Assembly: GCA_963789265.1 (NCBI GenBank)
Contig: CAWBKB010000001.1
Coordinates: 448,001-512,000, forward strand
Direction of reading: 5' to 3'
From: an uncultured delta proteobacterium
Lineage (GTDB): Bacteria > Desulfobacterota > Desulfomonilia > Desulfomonilales > Desulfomonilaceae
Length of the DNA stretch: 64,000 bases
Below the pieces are notes generated by a model. It ran no database searches. It was not told the DNA's origin and saw nothing but the letters and a program-made list of their open reading frames with translations. Of this stretch, positions 63,048 to 64,000 are shown piece by piece; position 1 is the first letter of the stretch, and each line of letters starts with the position of its first letter. Both the position numbers and the translations under genes were made by a program.

Positions 63048-63911
63048 ATGTTTGAGATCCTTCAAAAAGAGCGGATCGGCCCCGGTGTGAACCGGGCTGT
63101 CATCTCCGCCCCAGAGATTGCCCGGGCACACAAGCCCGGCCAGTTCATTATCCTCAGGACAAATGAAGACGGCGAAAGAATACCATTGACCGTAGCCGAC
63201 AAGGACACGGACAAGGGGACGATAACCCTTGTCTGGCAAGAAGTAGGCGTCACCACGTATTACATGGCGAGCATGGCTGTTGGAGAGCGCCTCCACGACC
63301 TTTGCGGGCCGCTTGGAAAACCGACGCATATTGAAAAGTTCGGCACCGTGGTGGGTGTTGGAGGCGGAATCGGCGTGGCGCCGCTATTCCCCATAACAAA
63401 AGGCATGTACGAGGCGGGAAATCACGTCATTACGATTGTGGGGGCCAGGACGGAAGGCCTACTTATCATGACGGAGGACCTGAAGAAGGTGAGCCATGAG
63501 ACCCTGATTGCCACCGATGACGGCTCCTTCGGCATTCATGGCTTCGTTACACAGGTCCTGCAAGACCTTATCGACAAAGGCACAAAGCTTGACCTCTGCG
63601 TGGCCATCGGGCCGGTCCCCATGATGAAAGCAGTTGTCAATGTCACTCGAAAGGCCAACCTGCCGACGGTAGTCAGCCTCAACCCTATCATGGTTGACGG
63701 TACCGGGATGTGTGGGGCATGCCGAGTCGAGGTCGGCGGAAAGACCATGTTCGGGTGTGTGGACGGACCGGAGTTCGACGCCTTCCAGGTAGATTTTGAC
63801 CTGCTCATGAAAAGGCTGGCAATGTACAAGGGCCCGGAACTGATAGCACTCAACAGATTTAGAGAGACAGATAGAGGCTGCAAGTGCTCGTTTCCCGGAG
63901 GTGCAGCATGA
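63048..63911 (+). CDS. nfnA: NfnA-like FAD/NAD-binding [2Fe-2S] subunit of ferredoxin:NADP oxidoreductase
   Basis: PGQFIILR, GERIPLT, GGGIGVAP, AIGPVPMMK, MVDGTGMCGACRV, CVDGPEFD. Confidence 0.9.
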   Translation: MFEILQKERIGPGVNRAVISAPEIARAHKPGQFIILRTNEDGERIPLTVADKDTDKGTITLVWQEVGVTTYYMASMAVGERLHDLCGPLGKPTHIEKFGTVVGVGGGIGVAPLFPITKGMYEAGNHVITIVGARTEGLLIMTEDLKKVSHETLIATDDGSFGIHGFVTQVLQDLIDKGTKLDLCVAIGPVPMMKAVVNVTRKANLPTVVSLNPIMVDGTGMCGACRVEVGGKTMFGCVDGPEFDAFQVDFDLLMKRLAMYKGPELIALNRFRETDRGCKCSFPGGAA

Positions 63912-64000
63912 GCGAACAAGAAAAGAAGGAGAAAAAACCCAAAGTTCCGCGCCAGAAGATGCCTGAGCAGGATCCCATAGAAAGGGCTAAGAACTTTTAT
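63908..64000 (+). CDS. NfnB/GltD-like large subunit, 5' fragment (runs off window)
   Basis: ATGA overlap with nfnA; KVPRQKMPEQDPIERAKNF N-terminal signature. Confidence 0.8.
   Translation, partial: MSEQEKKEKKPKVPRQKMPEQDPIERAKNFY

Overview
Bacterial chromosomal window of about 50-55% GC (by eye). Gene content and style suggest an anaerobic Deltaproteobacterium/Desulfobacterota, probably Desulfomonile-like (inference). Housekeeping genes include rpmI-rplT-pheS-pheT, murD, map, uvrB, ugd, scpB, hflKC, LysM-dprA-topA, glgX, mobA and nfnAB. About 13 genes, including essential ones (rplT, pheT, topA), are split by single-base indels, mostly in short homopolymers; these are most likely long-read errors rather than pseudogenes. 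The main accessory system is a minus-strand SynChlorMet-type RiPP cassette at 12.9-19.7 kb: a PqqD/RRE protein, two radical SAM/SPASM enzymes, an HPr-kinase-like P-loop protein, an S26-like peptidase, and a 68-aa Cys/Gly-rich candidate precursor with a YxxP leader coupled to the second rSAM gene. The intergenic DNA holds layered mobile and repeat elements. A complete IS1182-family element and six ~210-bp MITEs share the same ends and insert into loops of REP-like hairpins (4-bp duplication clear at six of seven sites). A second MITE-like class duplicates whole hairpins, producing nests up to five layers deep. Other candidates are a pheM-like attenuator before pheS, a cNMP-domain Ser/Thr kinase coupled to murD, a Cys-nucleophile alpha/beta hydrolase, an exported TPR-CHAT protease, and an envelope cluster (tandem FGE-PDZ protein, PPIase, TPR-transglutaminase-like protein). 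No rRNA, tRNA or CRISPR array was seen.
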